Notes: generated by a model not told the origin, from the sequence alone. A DNA stretch of 64,000 nt from an uncultured Bacillota bacterium (GCA_946495675.1 CAMMDQ010000003.1:67023-131022), one strand, 5' to 3'. Counted from the first letter of the stretch, positions 1-9,994 are shown. Program-made: numbers and translations.

Positions 1-3000
1 ATCTGCTGTCAAAATCTGTCCGTTAAAGTTTACCGTTTGATTTCTGCTTGGCAAATCATCAGCTTCAATAGGCTCGACATTTCTGTCAAGCAGTTGTAGA
101 TAGTTGTGTCCCAAAGCAGAAGGGTTTGATGCGGTTGTGTATTCAGGCAGAACATCATAAAGCTTGATATAGATTGTTCTTAAACTATTTTCTTGGTCAG
201 CATCTTCAACATCAAACAAGTTGATTCTGAAAATCAGATCGTAATTTGTGTTGACGCCCGTGAATGTGAGAGAGCGAATTGCATTTGTTGTTGATGAAGT
301 GAAGTTGGTTGACTCTCCCCAATCATTTGCAAAACTGTTCCACTCTTCAATTGTCGAGCTGTAAAGGGAAGTATTATAGGAGTAAGTTAAAGATTCGTTC
401 GCAAGATAGGTGGTTTGATTTCCACTTTCACTTATCGTGTAAACATAATCGCTTCCTGTGATTTCATTAAACTGAGCTTCATTCGCAATTTGAATCACTG
501 TGGTTTGGTTTCCGAAATTATCAGTGATAACATATCTCACCTTTGTGTTGGATGAAACATTGACTGTTATTCTTAAAGTTGTGCCAGTTGTAACAAAGCT
601 GACAGTATTATCGATGGAGCCTTGCCCTTGCAAATTCCAAGTGCCATAATTTTGTTCGGTTTGATTTGCCTGAAGTATTTCTTGCCAAGCATTGTTTTGG
701 AAGATATCAATTACAACATTTGTTGGATAGATATGTCCTGTGCTTGTTGATGCAATTTGAGCGGCTGTTGGCACAACAATGTCAAGAATGGCAGTGTTTT
801 GACCTTCATTTACCACATTTGTTGTCAAATTTGCATCCATGATTGTCAAGTATGTGTTGATTTGTTGTCCGTTTATGCTGTCAGCAAAGGTGATTGTGTG
901 CTTTTGCTCTGAAGAAGTGATTGATTGTGGAATGATTTGGCTTAAAGCAAAACTTGTTAAAACAACTTCGCTTGGAGTTGGGCGTGATATATTGTAAACA
1001 TAGCCGCTTTGAAGAGTTGGAGTTGACATATACCAGCCAATTGTTCCGTCGGCAAAAGTGATTCGGTAGATTGCCCATGGATTATTTTGGTAATTAAGGC
1101 TGGTCAATCTCATTCCCGTGTTTGAATAAATGTTTGCACCATTTGTTACACTTCCATTCAAAACTTGATACTCTCTGTTTAAACCATTTTCATCCAAATT
1201 GTTGTTTTGATATGTCAAAGCAACATCTTGAGATAAATCATCTTGGTCGCTTGAAAGGTCGTCAACATAATTAACAAGATAGGTTACCATATTGCCGGCA
1301 CTGTCAATTTCGACAATTTCATACACTCCAAAAGCTATCTCGCTTGGGTTTGTGTATGCATCTATTGCAGTAAAATTGTTTGCATTGAAAGTGTCTTTTG
1401 TTGTGGCAGAAGTAGAGATGAAGTTTGTCAAGTAGTTGTCGCTGTCGCCAACATGTCTTAAATATGCTTGTTGAGTGCCGGTTCTGTCAAAAGACGCGTT
1501 TTGAACTAGTGATTGCAGAGTGCTAAACAACTGCGAGCTTACTGTGTATGCAAAACCTCTTAAGTTTCCGCTGACAGGAGTGTAGCTATAGGCAATGTTT
1601 GCCAAAGTTGTTTCACTATTTTCGTTATAGTCAAAATTGTTTCTTGTGTTTTGCCATAAGAAGCTTGAAGAGAGTTGACTTCCAGTTGAATAAGCAAGGT
1701 TTTGAATCAAGTTGTTTAAAGATGTGGTAGGGGCTGCGGTGTCAAAATAGATTTCAATCACTACCTGATTGTAATATCTCTGGTCAAAACCTTCATATTG
1801 CATTGCAACTTCAAGTTTTGCTCCGTTTGCCCTTATTTGATCTCTCGTCAAGTTTACTGTGAAAGATCGTGTTGTGGTTGAGCCAGTGATTTTTCCAGTT
1901 TCTATTGACAGCATTCCATTGTCGTTTGAATAAATAATTGATATTGTTTCTTCATCAATTTGAGCGATATATTCGCTGCTAGGCACTGCCCATTCAAACC
2001 TTAAAGAGTCGCTGTTTGAATAGTACGTGGTGTTTTCCACAGCGGTTAAAATTTGACCGCTTAGTGCATTTACAACATCAACTTCTGGCTGTTGAGAAGT
2101 GATTTCAAACTTAAACTTATAAAATTTTCTGAAATCAGAACCAGCAGCTTCGTTGCTTGCTTGATAAAGAGTAACTGTATACTGTCCTGCTTGATAGAAA
2201 GCATTTACTGGTTGAGGATTTGCTCCAAGAGTTGGCAAAGCACCCATAGAGGAAGGAGCATTTGCTTGATAGAACTGTAAATATCCCGAATTTGAACCAA
2301 TCTCAGTGCCGTTTGTCATATAGTAAACTGGCGAAGAGGTTGGAGTTTGTCTATATTCAATCACTGCAAGTGTTTCATATTGTGTGATTGACATGTTTTC
2401 AATGTATTGCAAAGCATCGTTTTCATTTGCAAATTCTGCAACTGGAATGTTTTCGACATAAACGATGTATGCGGTTGGATTTTCAGGATCATTTGGCTGG
2501 ACGTGAGCGTTTCCGTAATATGAAAGATTGTTGTTTTCCTGCGTTGAAAATGAGTTGTCTTCGTTGTTATACAGCGCTTTTGTTGTGTATTTATAGGAAG
2601 GAATGTAAAGCATCATTGGCAGTTTGTTTCCGGAGACGGAAATTGTTTGAACTTCTTGATTTTCTCCTCCGGTTGTCCATTCTTGATTGTAGAAGCTGTC
2701 GTTTACAGGATTTCCCTCTTTGTCAAATGGGAAAGAAACTTGAAGTCCAGTTTGATTTGCACCGCTATACATGCTTAGCACAATTTCTCCGCCGATCACA
2801 CTCTCATACCAAGAAGAGCCATCTTTATTGCTCACATTTTGCACTTCTTCAATCATATTGTTTGGATCAATATCAATAGTAATGGTCCTTTGATAATAGT
2901 CATACTCGCTTGACATTGTGCCTTCTTGGTAAGTTCTTGTGATGACATATCTTCCTGGCTGGGCAAGACCGGTTGAGTCAAAGGTTAAATAAAAGACCTT

Positions 3001-6000
3001 AGTTTTTCCGGCAATAACACTTGCAGAATCTGTGCTTGAATAGATGGTTATAGTTCTGCTTGGAGAGTCTGCAACATCGTAATAAGCAATATAGCCTGAG
3101 TCTGTGACGATGGTGTAAGGATAGTATTCAAGTGTCAACTGAGCAATTTGATCGCCTTGCAATGAAAGCGGAAGGTAAGAAATGCGAATTGGATTGTTTG
3201 CTGTGGATGGAGTGTAGTAAGCAAATCTATAGTATCTGCCGGTTGCCGTCTTGAAGGTTTCATCTTGATAAGGCTGTGTTTCTCCCGAAGAATTTGCATA
3301 AAATTGTCCAGTTAAGCTGTAACCTGCCTGCCCCATGATTTGATAGTTGCCGTTTGAATCAGCGCGTTCAATCATGACAGCTGATGAATCTGATGTGATT
3401 GTAACTGACAGCATTCCGCTAGGATAAGTCAGAAGAGTGTTGAGTGTTCCTCCAGAAGTTTTGTTGTTTGACTGATCTCGAAGCAAAATCTGATAAGTGT
3501 TTTCATTTGCAGTTCCATCAGCGGTGAAAAGCTCCAGCTGATAACTGTTTCCTGTTTGTAAAGTAAACTGATCTTCGCTAGGAGTTTTTATTGCAAAGGA
3601 GTCCTCAATTTCAATTGCTAGATAATTGTTTGAATATTCTAGGTTGTCTTCAATGTTTCCTGTTGCAGGGGAAAGCTGACGAATAAAGCTGCGTTCTGCA
3701 CTGACAAAATTTGTCAAAAGTTGGTTAAGTTCATCCCGTGCAGAATAAGAATCAATCAAAGCATGTCTATTGTCAGGCGCAATACTGTTGTCTGTTATAT
3801 TTTGTGAATTTTGCAAGATTATCGCTTTATAGTCGCCCCAGCTTAAACTTACCTGAGCATTTTCGGTTACAGAAATTGTGTCTGAACCATTGACAACTTG
3901 ATAGCTTGTTCCAGTGTCAGTAATGGTTGTTTTTATAAATGTTGGGCTGGTGTTATCAAGCATAAACATTGCAAAGCCAACATTTCCAGCAGTGTCATAA
4001 ACTTCAAGCAAATACAGCCCCGCATCAGTTTTCACACTTGTTCCGTCAACAATGCTCTGACCATAGGTGTTTGAAATTGGGCTCCAGCTAGAACCATTTG
4101 CAAAATCGATTTTATAAGTAACAGGCAAAACCCCTTCAGCGAGAATGTTGTAAATTAAAGAAGGATTGGTTTGCGCAGCTGCATAGTAGTCAATTTGTTC
4201 TAATGGGAAAAATTTGACATAGCCATAAGTTTGTGCACCGCTTGCTTTTTCATTCCATCTGAAAGAGAATGGGGTGTTGGTTGTTGCAAAGATGCCGTTG
4301 TCCAAAGATGCTATTTCGCCTTGCAGGCTGTATCTTCCATTTGATATTTCATTTGCAATTATAGGGCTCAAGAAGTCAATTTCATTGGTGTCAATTGTGA
4401 AGGAATAACTGTTTGGATTTGTCATCGTTGAAAAGTAGCTAAGTGTGAACGCTCTGTTTGCACTGTTGCCGCTATATGAAATCAAAACAACTTCTTTGCC
4501 GTCCATTTTCTCAAGGGCTGAATTGCCACTTCCATACTCAGCATAACTCCAAGACTGATAGTAAGTGAAAGTTGTGCTGTCAAGAGAGGCAAGCTCTTGC
4601 AAAGTTCTTGTGATTGTTGTCCCAGAAGAGTAGTCTCGCATAGAAACATTGATTGTTACATCTGCGTTATATGGGCTGTCTGTTGACTCGTTGACAAGAT
4701 ATACTGATTTGTTTGTGTATCTTGTGGTGGAAAAACTATTTCCATCTTCGTCATACACCGAGACAGCTGGGGTTTCGTTTGTGATTTCAAAATAGAAGAT
4801 CTGATAATGATAATATCCGCTTTGTTGCACGCCGCCTTGTCCAAGATATTCATCGAAATTATACTCAAGAATATAAACATAAGTGCCAGGTGTTCTTTGA
4901 ATTTCATTGGTAAAGCTGGCTCGCTCAGTTAATGTAAGGTTGCCCTCGCTGCCAGAAACTGAATAGATTTTGCTTTGTACAGTTGCAGGAGATGTGGCAT
5001 TTGAAATAAAACTTACTGGCACCTGATTTGTTGTTACTGGTGTTGGGCTGTTTTCACTCCGCAAATATCCTTGCACTGCATTTTTTAAGTCAGAATAGGT
5101 TGTGTTTGTCGTTTGATTATCTGCTTCAATATTGATAACATTGCTGCTAGGTTGTGACAATGGAGGATTGTTGTCTTTGATAAATTCGCTAAATCCTGCG
5201 GTTATGTCGGCCGCTTGCGAGAAGGTTAAGCCGTCTTCAGAAATTGTTTTAAGCTCTCTTGAATATGGCTGATTGGTGCTTGGGTTGACAGGTTCGTTGA
5301 AGTTTGTATACATTGCTTGATAGCCATACACATAAAGTCTTTGAGCCTTATTGTATTGAAGCTGCAAGTTATCTGTTATGAATTGATCAAAAGGCAGTTC
5401 AAAGATTTCAGATTGACCATTTTCAACAACGCGGTATAGATATTCAAAAGAAATGTCATAGCTGCCAAGTTCGTTAAAAGTTATGTAAGCTTGACCATCT
5501 TGCATGCCAGTCATGATATAGGTCTGAGAAACTGGATCTCCGTTTTCATCCAAAATGTTGAAGTTGCTTCCGTCATACTCGACTTTAAGGTAGTGGTTTG
5601 TTTCGTTGTAATCAACAAAGTTGACTGTTATTTGATACACATAAGGGTCATAACTAAATTTTGGCAGTGAAGTGGAAGTATAGTTGTAGTAATAGAACAT
5701 TGAAAAGCCACTATTGTTTGTGAGTGCAACATCTGTGGTGTTTTCCATGGTGGCATTTTGAAGCCCTGAAGTATTGAAATAAGTGGTGGAATTGAATATC
5801 ATGAAAGTGTATTCTATTTGAGCATTTTCTGTAATTGTGTTGTAAGTCAAGCCACCATCAGTTGTGTGATAAACTGTCATAGGAATGACAAGAGTGTATA
5901 AGCCTTCTTCAACAGTTATTGTGTTTTGTGCTGAGCTGAAGCTATCGCCTGATTGAAAATATATGTTGAATTGTTGTGGTTTTTGCCCCAGGCCATCAAC

Positions 6001-6462
6001 TGTTGAGCCGTATGTGTTAGATGAGGCGAAATCGGAAATTTGACTATCTTGAAGCAGGTTGGTTGCTCCGTCCAAATTCTCAAGTTCTTGGTTTGTGATG
6101 TTTTGATAAAGTGAAAGCGCACTGGTGAAATTGAAAAGATAGTATTCATCTGGGTTGTTGTCATTTGGTTTATAGCCATGATTTGTATTGCCTCCCATAG
6201 TAATTGGGTCATCGCCGATTTGAAGGTGAAATGAATTTTGGCTTCCGTCAAGAAGGACTATGCTGTTATCTTGAGTTCTTGCAACGCCACCAGTAAAACC
6301 CAAATACTGCGGCAAGTTGTTTGTTATTTCAGTGTACTCGGTAAAAGCAGCATCAGTGCTTGGCAAAAAAGAATTGGCATTTGACAAGACAATTCCAAAA
6401 ATCGCCATAGCAGACAAAAGAAAACTTAAGAAAATTGAATTAAAAAGTTTTTTCGCTTTCAT
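1..6462 (-). CDS. Giant secreted/surface protein with repeated Ig-like beta-sandwich modules (at least 2154 aa; 3' end outside the window)
   Basis: ATG at 6462 with GGGAG RBS. Signal peptide MKAKKLFNSIFLSFLLSAMAIFGIVLS. Frame spot-checked as open to base 1, and no terminated ORF in this frame appears in the track. Ig-like motifs GLYLLEVYDTAGNVGFAMFMLDNTSP and GVYEIVEIDSAGN; rich in N/T/S/Y/D. Confidence 0.9.
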   Translation of the reverse strand, partial: MKAKKLFNSIFLSFLLSAMAIFGIVLSNANSFLPSTDAAFTEYTEITNNLPQYLGFTGGVARTQDNSIVLLDGSQNSFHLQIGDDPITMGGNTNHGYKPNDNNPDEYYLFNFTSALSLYQNITNQELENLDGATNLLQDSQISDFASSNTYGSTVDGLGQKPQQFNIYFQSGDSFSSAQNTITVEEGLYTLVIPMTVYHTTDGGLTYNTITENAQIEYTFMIFNSTTYFNTSGLQNATMENTTDVALTNNSGFSMFYYYNYTSTSLPKFSYDPYVYQITVNFVDYNETNHYLKVEYDGSNFNILDENGDPVSQTYIMTGMQDGQAYITFNELGSYDISFEYLYRVVENGQSEIFELPFDQFITDNLQLQYNKAQRLYVYGYQAMYTNFNEPVNPSTNQPYSRELKTISEDGLTFSQAADITAGFSEFIKDNNPPLSQPSSNVINIEADNQTTNTTYSDLKNAVQGYLRSENSPTPVTTNQVPVSFISNATSPATVQSKIYSVSGSEGNLTLTERASFTNEIQRTPGTYVYILEYNFDEYLGQGGVQQSGYYHYQIFYFEITNETPAVSVYDEDGNSFSTTRYTNKSVYLVNESTDSPYNADVTINVSMRDYSSGTTITRTLQELASLDSTTFTYYQSWSYAEYGSGNSALEKMDGKEVVLISYSGNSANRAFTLSYFSTMTNPNSYSFTIDTNEIDFLSPIIANEISNGRYSLQGEIASLDNGIFATTNTPFSFRWNEKASGAQTYGYVKFFPLEQIDYYAAAQTNPSLIYNILAEGVLPVTYKIDFANGSSWSPISNTYGQSIVDGTSVKTDAGLYLLEVYDTAGNVGFAMFMLDNTSPTFIKTTITDTGTSYQVVNGSDTISVTENAQVSLSWGDYKAIILQNSQNITDNSIAPDNRHALIDSYSARDELNQLLTNFVSAERSFIRQLSPATGNIEDNLEYSNNYLAIEIEDSFAIKTPSEDQFTLQTGNSYQLELFTADGTANENTYQILLRDQSNNKTSGGTLNTLLTYPSGMLSVTITSDSSAVMIERADSNGNYQIMGQAGYSLTGQFYANSSGETQPYQDETFKTATGRYYRFAYYTPSTANNPIRISYLPLSLQGDQIAQLTLEYYPYTIVTDSGYIAYYDVADSPSRTITIYSSTDSASVIAGKTKVFYLTFDSTGLAQPGRYVITRTYQEGTMSSEYDYYQRTITIDIDPNNMIEEVQNVSNKDGSSWYESVIGGEIVLSMYSGANQTGLQVSFPFDKEGNPVNDSFYNQEWTTGGENQEVQTISVSGNKLPMMLYIPSYKYTTKALYNNEDNSFSTQENNNLSYYGNAHVQPNDPENPTAYIVYVENIPVAEFANENDALQYIENMSITQYETLAVIEYRQTPTSSPVYYMTNGTEIGSNSGYLQFYQANAPSSMGALPTLGANPQPVNAFYQAGQYTVTLYQASNEAAGSDFRKFYKFKFEITSQQPEVDVVNALSGQILTAVENTTYYSNSDSLRFEWAVPSSEYIAQIDEETISIIYSNDNGMLSIETGKITGSTTTRSFTVNLTRDQIRANGAKLEVAMQYEGFDQRYYNQVVIEIYFDTAAPTTSLNNLIQNLAYSTGSQLSSSFLWQNTRNNFDYNENSETTLANIAYSYTPVSGNLRGFAYTVSSQLFSTLQSLVQNASFDRTGTQQAYLRHVGDSDNYLTNFISTSATTKDTFNANNFTAIDAYTNPSEIAFGVYEIVEIDSAGNMVTYLVNYVDDLSSDQDDLSQDVALTYQNNNLDENGLNREYQVLNGSVTNGANIYSNTGMRLTSLNYQNNPWAIYRITFADGTIGWYMSTPTLQSGYVYNISRPTPSEVVLTSFALSQIIPQSITSSEQKHTITFADSINGQQINTYLTIMDANLTTNVVNEGQNTAILDIVVPTAAQIASTSTGHIYPTNVVIDIFQNNAWQEILQANQTEQNYGTWNLQGQGSIDNTVSFVTTGTTLRITVNVSSNTKVRYVITDNFGNQTTVIQIANEAQFNEITGSDYVYTISESGNQTTYLANESLTYSYNTSLYSSTIEEWNSFANDWGESTNFTSSTTNAIRSLTFTGVNTNYDLIFRINLFDVEDADQENSLRTIYIKLYDVLPEYTTASNPSALGHNYLQLLDRNVEPIEADDLPSRNQTVNFNGQILTAD

Positions 6463-6478
6463 ACTTTTCACTCCCAAA

Positions 6479-6541
6479 TTCGACATAATTTTACAATTTG
6501 ATTTTATCACACGCTTGTTAAAATTCAAAATAATTTCGACA
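6479..6541 (-). promoter_or_regulatory. sigmaA-like promoter flanked by two Spo0A boxes (TGTCGAA)
   Basis: Minus strand TTGAAT-16-(TGn)TAAAAT at about 6501-6528; exact TGTCGAA at 6479-6485 and 6535-6541. Confidence 0.6.
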
Positions 6542-6748
6542 TATTTATTTATATAATAAAATTATTTTAATAAATAAATATCATAAAAAAATTGTTTGCA
6601 AAATTTCAATAAAAATGCAAATTTGAAATAATTATCAAAAAATTATGGAAAAATGATAAAAAAACAATAAAAAAATTGTTTTTTTTGATAATTATTTTAT
6701 TTTTAAGCCGAAAAATAAAGGAAAATAAAAAACAAGAGCAAAATTTTG

Positions 6749-7699
6749 TTATGCTCTTGTAAAATTTTTTAATTTGATTTTTTTCATGCTTTTTACTTGT
6801 TTATAAAATATTTTTAAAAATTTTTTTCGATTTATTGCAACTGCAAGTCTCACATTGCCTTGGTCTGAAAAATTCATATAAGTTTTTCCTGGCTCTAAAT
6901 TGCAGTCAACAACAACATTGCATCGGCGCACCTTGAAAAGCTTTGGATGTGTTATAAGATAGTAAGCACAGGTGTCATTTGTTGCATGGCGTAGGTCTGG
7001 ATAGCCTGGTTCCCAATAGCCCAAAGACATTTGATAGATGAAGTTGCCGGTATCGTTTAAAGACCTGAGTTTGCAAACAAATTCTTCGCTTAAATGGGCC
7101 ATTCTTCTGCCCATATCAGAAGGGATCATGTAAAGTGGAATATTGCTGTCAAGCACAATTTTGAAAGCTTCAGGATCAGTCGAAATGTTGAAGGATATGT
7201 GGTCAGTAAAGCCAGGTGCACCGTAAGGTGAACCGCCTTCAAAATATATACAAGGGATCTTTGGGATAATGTCAGGGTGCTTTTGTAGCAGTTTTCCGAT
7301 ATTTGTATGCGGGCTTAAAACGACAGGTATTATGTCGCCATCACCTTCTTTAATCACTCTGTACATTGCTTCAACAGCATCTTCTTTTATGCATTTATGC
7401 TGTGTGGTTTTTGGTGGAATATATCCTCCCAAACCTTCGCGTTGATGAATTTTTTCAGCTGTCGGAGATATTCTGTTTAAAGCGTGTTTTTCACCTTTTG
7501 CAACAGGAAGATCTTTATCAAAAAGATCAAGCAAATGCAGCATATTTCTTGTGCTTTTTTCAAGCGAAACATTGCCACGCAAAGTTGTGATCAGTTTTAT
7601 ATCAATGTTTTTGTCAAACATCATCAAAGCAAGACAGGTGGCATCATCAACACCTGGCTCGGTAGTTATTATCACTTTTACTGGTTTTTTATTTTTCAT
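6749..7699 (-). CDS. Inosine/uridine-preferring nucleoside hydrolase family protein (divergent active site)
   Basis: TTEPGVDD (cf. DxDPGxDD), GNV, FNISTDPEA. Likely start MKNKK at 7699 after AAGGA. Confidence 0.85.
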   Translation of the reverse strand: MKNKKPVKVIITTEPGVDDATCLALMMFDKNIDIKLITTLRGNVSLEKSTRNMLHLLDLFDKDLPVAKGEKHALNRISPTAEKIHQREGLGGYIPPKTTQHKCIKEDAVEAMYRVIKEGDGDIIPVVLSPHTNIGKLLQKHPDIIPKIPCIYFEGGSPYGAPGFTDHISFNISTDPEAFKIVLDSNIPLYMIPSDMGRRMAHLSEEFVCKLRSLNDTGNFIYQMSLGYWEPGYPDLRHATNDTCAYYLITHPKLFKVRRCNVVVDCNLEPGKTYMNFSDQGNVRLAVAINRKKFLKIFYKQVKSMKKIKLKNFTRA

Positions 7700-7914
7700 A
7701 GTTTCCTTACACCTAAGTATATACAAATTATAATAATTTTCAAAGCAAATTGTGAAAAAGAGTTAAATTAGTTTTTGCAGATTTTCAAAAACCAGCCATC
7801 CATTTTTGGCAGGGCTTTGGGCAATCACGATAAAGTTTGTGCTGCCTTTTTGCAAATAGCAACTTTTGCTAAGTTTGTGAAGGTTGTCTCTGCATAGAAT
7901 GCAAGAATTCAAAT

Positions 7915-8289
7915 TCATGCCCACATACCATGAAGATTGCAATAAGAATAAGCAGAGACAATCTTTTCATCATCAGCTAAAATAAAGTCTGCTGCAGGGG
8001 TTTGACCAGGCATAAGATTTTTCACCGCAAAACCTTTGCTTGTCTCAAGCACAATCATGCTGATATAGTGCTCTTCAGTCATAGGGTGATCAATTTGCCC
8101 AACTTTGACCTGCGCGGTTTTTCCGTCAGCAGTTATCACTGGTTTATGCTTTTCAACAGCAGCATCTGTGGAGTTCGGCTTGATTTCAGCCATAACTTGT
8201 CCGCAACAAAAAACTGGCACCTTGCTATCAACAAGTTTTACAACAACATTTCCGCAAATTTGACATTTATAAAAAACAAGTTTTTTCAT
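7915..8289 (-). CDS. dfx: Desulfoferrodoxin / superoxide reductase
   Basis: CxxC...CC desulforedoxin domain; EKH, HPMTEEHYI and CNLH centre II ligands. Confidence 0.95.
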   Translation of the reverse strand: MKKLVFYKCQICGNVVVKLVDSKVPVFCCGQVMAEIKPNSTDAAVEKHKPVITADGKTAQVKVGQIDHPMTEEHYISMIVLETSKGFAVKNLMPGQTPAADFILADDEKIVSAYSYCNLHGMWA

Positions 8290-8396
8290 TCTTCACCATC
8301 CTTTTGACAAATTATATCAAAATTTCTCTATTTTTCCAAATAATCGCGCGTGTTGCAGGGCAAGAATGTTTATAGGAGCAAAAATTGATCAAAAAG

Positions 8397-8512
8397 CTAG
8401 CACTCCAAGCTATAATATGCTTGCATTTAAAGATGCAAAGGGAGGTAAATTATGAAGTTCTTCCAAAGAAGAAAAGAAAATTGAAGGTTCAAACAGAATT
8501 GAAATCAAATAA
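8397..8512 (+). pseudogene. Internally deleted small heat-shock protein (Hsp20) remnant with CIRCE half-site
   Basis: CTAGCACTC next to TATAAT, GGAGGT RBS, ATG at 8452 (10-codon ORF). An out-of-frame tail KEEKKIEGSNRIEIK-stop resembles an sHSP C-terminal I-X-I motif. Confidence 0.55.
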
Positions 8513-8526
8513 CCTCTACTATAAAT

Positions 8527-8558
8527 AAAAAACGCATCTTTTTCAAGGTGCGTTTTTT
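8527..8558. terminator. Bidirectional intrinsic terminator
   Basis: AAAAAACGCATC...GGTGCGTTTTTT. Confidence 0.8.
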
Positions 8559-8564
8559 AAGTTA

Positions 8565-9029
8565 TTATTCATAATTAAACATGATTGGGCAACAATTTGG
8601 AACGCCTAAAAAAGGAGAAGCGGGACTTGGTTTTAGATTGAAAGATTTGATTATGAAACCTACGATATTTACGCCGCTTGTTACGCATATCACAATGTCG
8701 TCTTTTTGGTATTTTGCAATAATGTCATCCATGCAGTCGATAATTCTTGTTTGCAGTTGTGTCCAAGTTTCTGTCCTATTATCAAATTCGTTTAGTCTTT
8801 CATCTTCAATTATTTCTGTCTGCAGTGTTTTATTTATAATTTCTGCTGTTTTTCTGAATCTAAAATAAGGGGCGGTGTAAATAGCCCTTATGTTGCCTTT
8901 TATTTTTGTATCGTTGAAAAGTTCGGCAACCAAATTGCAATCTTTATACCCAATTTCTGTTAAATCATCATTTTGAGAAGGAGGATTGCTCTTTTTTCGA
9001 TTGCCATGATGGACATATATGATTTTCAA
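8565..9029 (-). CDS. Histidine phosphatase (phosphoglycerate mutase-like) family protein
   Basis: YVHHG (RHG-like), LTEIG, TAPYFRFRKTA, DERLNE; TTG start with AGGAGG. Confidence 0.8.
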   Translation of the reverse strand: MKIIYVHHGNRKKSNPPSQNDDLTEIGYKDCNLVAELFNDTKIKGNIRAIYTAPYFRFRKTAEIINKTLQTEIIEDERLNEFDNRTETWTQLQTRIIDCMDDIIAKYQKDDIVICVTSGVNIVGFIIKSFNLKPSPASPFLGVPNCCPIMFNYE

Positions 9030-9038
9030 ATTTTCCTC

Positions 9039-9152
9039 CTAATTTTCCATAAAGTTTATCTTTTTGCCTAACTTTTTGGCATATTCAATCTCTGATTTTG
9101 TGCTAGAGCCAACGTAACCATTTTTGTTGATAACAAAAATCTCGTCAGCCAT
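9039..9152 (-). pseudogene. C-terminal fragment of a nucleoside 2-deoxyribosyltransferase-like conserved protein
   Basis: MADEIFVINKNGYVGSSTKSEIEYAKKLGKKINFMEN*; no RBS and no N-terminal half upstream. Confidence 0.65.
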
Positions 9153-9237
9153 TTAGTATAAAATTATTTATGAATTAATGTAGATAATTTTATCATATGA
9201 ATACTTTTAAACTTATTTATTTTGTGTATATTCATAA

Positions 9238-9774
9238 CTATCTAATAAAATCTTCTTTTTTAAGTATTGTTTTTATTTCTTTAGTTTTGCCACCACGAGC
9301 AGGACAATTTCTTTCTCCAAGTTCTCCAGTTAATTTATAACCTAATTTTCTTTGCATTTTATAAGAAATTTCATTACCTTCCAAAAATCCATTAATCAAA
9401 TAAACTGCTTTTAATTGATCAAAACAGTAAACCGCCCTTCCTCTCATTGCCTCTGTCCCATAACCATGACCGTGATAATTAGCATTTATCCAAATACCAC
9501 CAGTTGCTATATTATTTTCATCAAGACAGATGTTTGTTCCGCCAATAACTTTTTCACTATTTTTTTCAACGATTGCAAAATAACTTTTTTGCTTTGTGTT
9601 TGGGTTTTCAATCCTTGTATTAATGAAACTTTTTGCATCTTCTATTGTATATGGAAATGGAATTGTTAAAAATTTCGCCACATTAAAATTGTTTAAACCA
9701 TCACATAATGCTTCAATATCATGAAGGCCCCATGGCCTCAAAATTAATCTTTCTGTTTCAATTTTATATTTCAT
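9238..9774 (-). CDS. GNAT N-acetyltransferase, RimJ/RimL family
   Basis: IETERLILRP, YHGHGYGTEA, NEISYKMQRKLGY. Confidence 0.9.
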   Translation of the reverse strand: MKYKIETERLILRPWGLHDIEALCDGLNNFNVAKFLTIPFPYTIEDAKSFINTRIENPNTKQKSYFAIVEKNSEKVIGGTNICLDENNIATGGIWINANYHGHGYGTEAMRGRAVYCFDQLKAVYLINGFLEGNEISYKMQRKLGYKLTGELGERNCPARGGKTKEIKTILKKEDFIR

Positions 9775-9994
9775 AGAGTCCCCTTAATAAATTTATTATA
9801 GCATATAATATAAAAGATATATAAAAATTTTTAAGTTTTATTTTTTAGTTAAAATTTTAAAAATTAAGATTTTTCTATAAAATTTCATCGGTAAAATGTT
9901 TATAAATGTTTAAACTTTATAAAATATTTAAATAAAAGCCAATTTGAAAATAAAGCAGAGCAATCTAGCCCAAAGGGTTCGGATTGCTCACAAT

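Noticed and set aside
881-6556. Short ORFs in the track within 1-6.5 kb
   Set aside because: Shadow frames of the giant minus-strand gene; no RBS or recognisable motifs.
7770-7914. Moderately GC-rich intergenic stretch between the hydrolase and dfx as a riboswitch or sRNA
   Set aside because: Only weak hairpins; no recognisable aptamer consensus.
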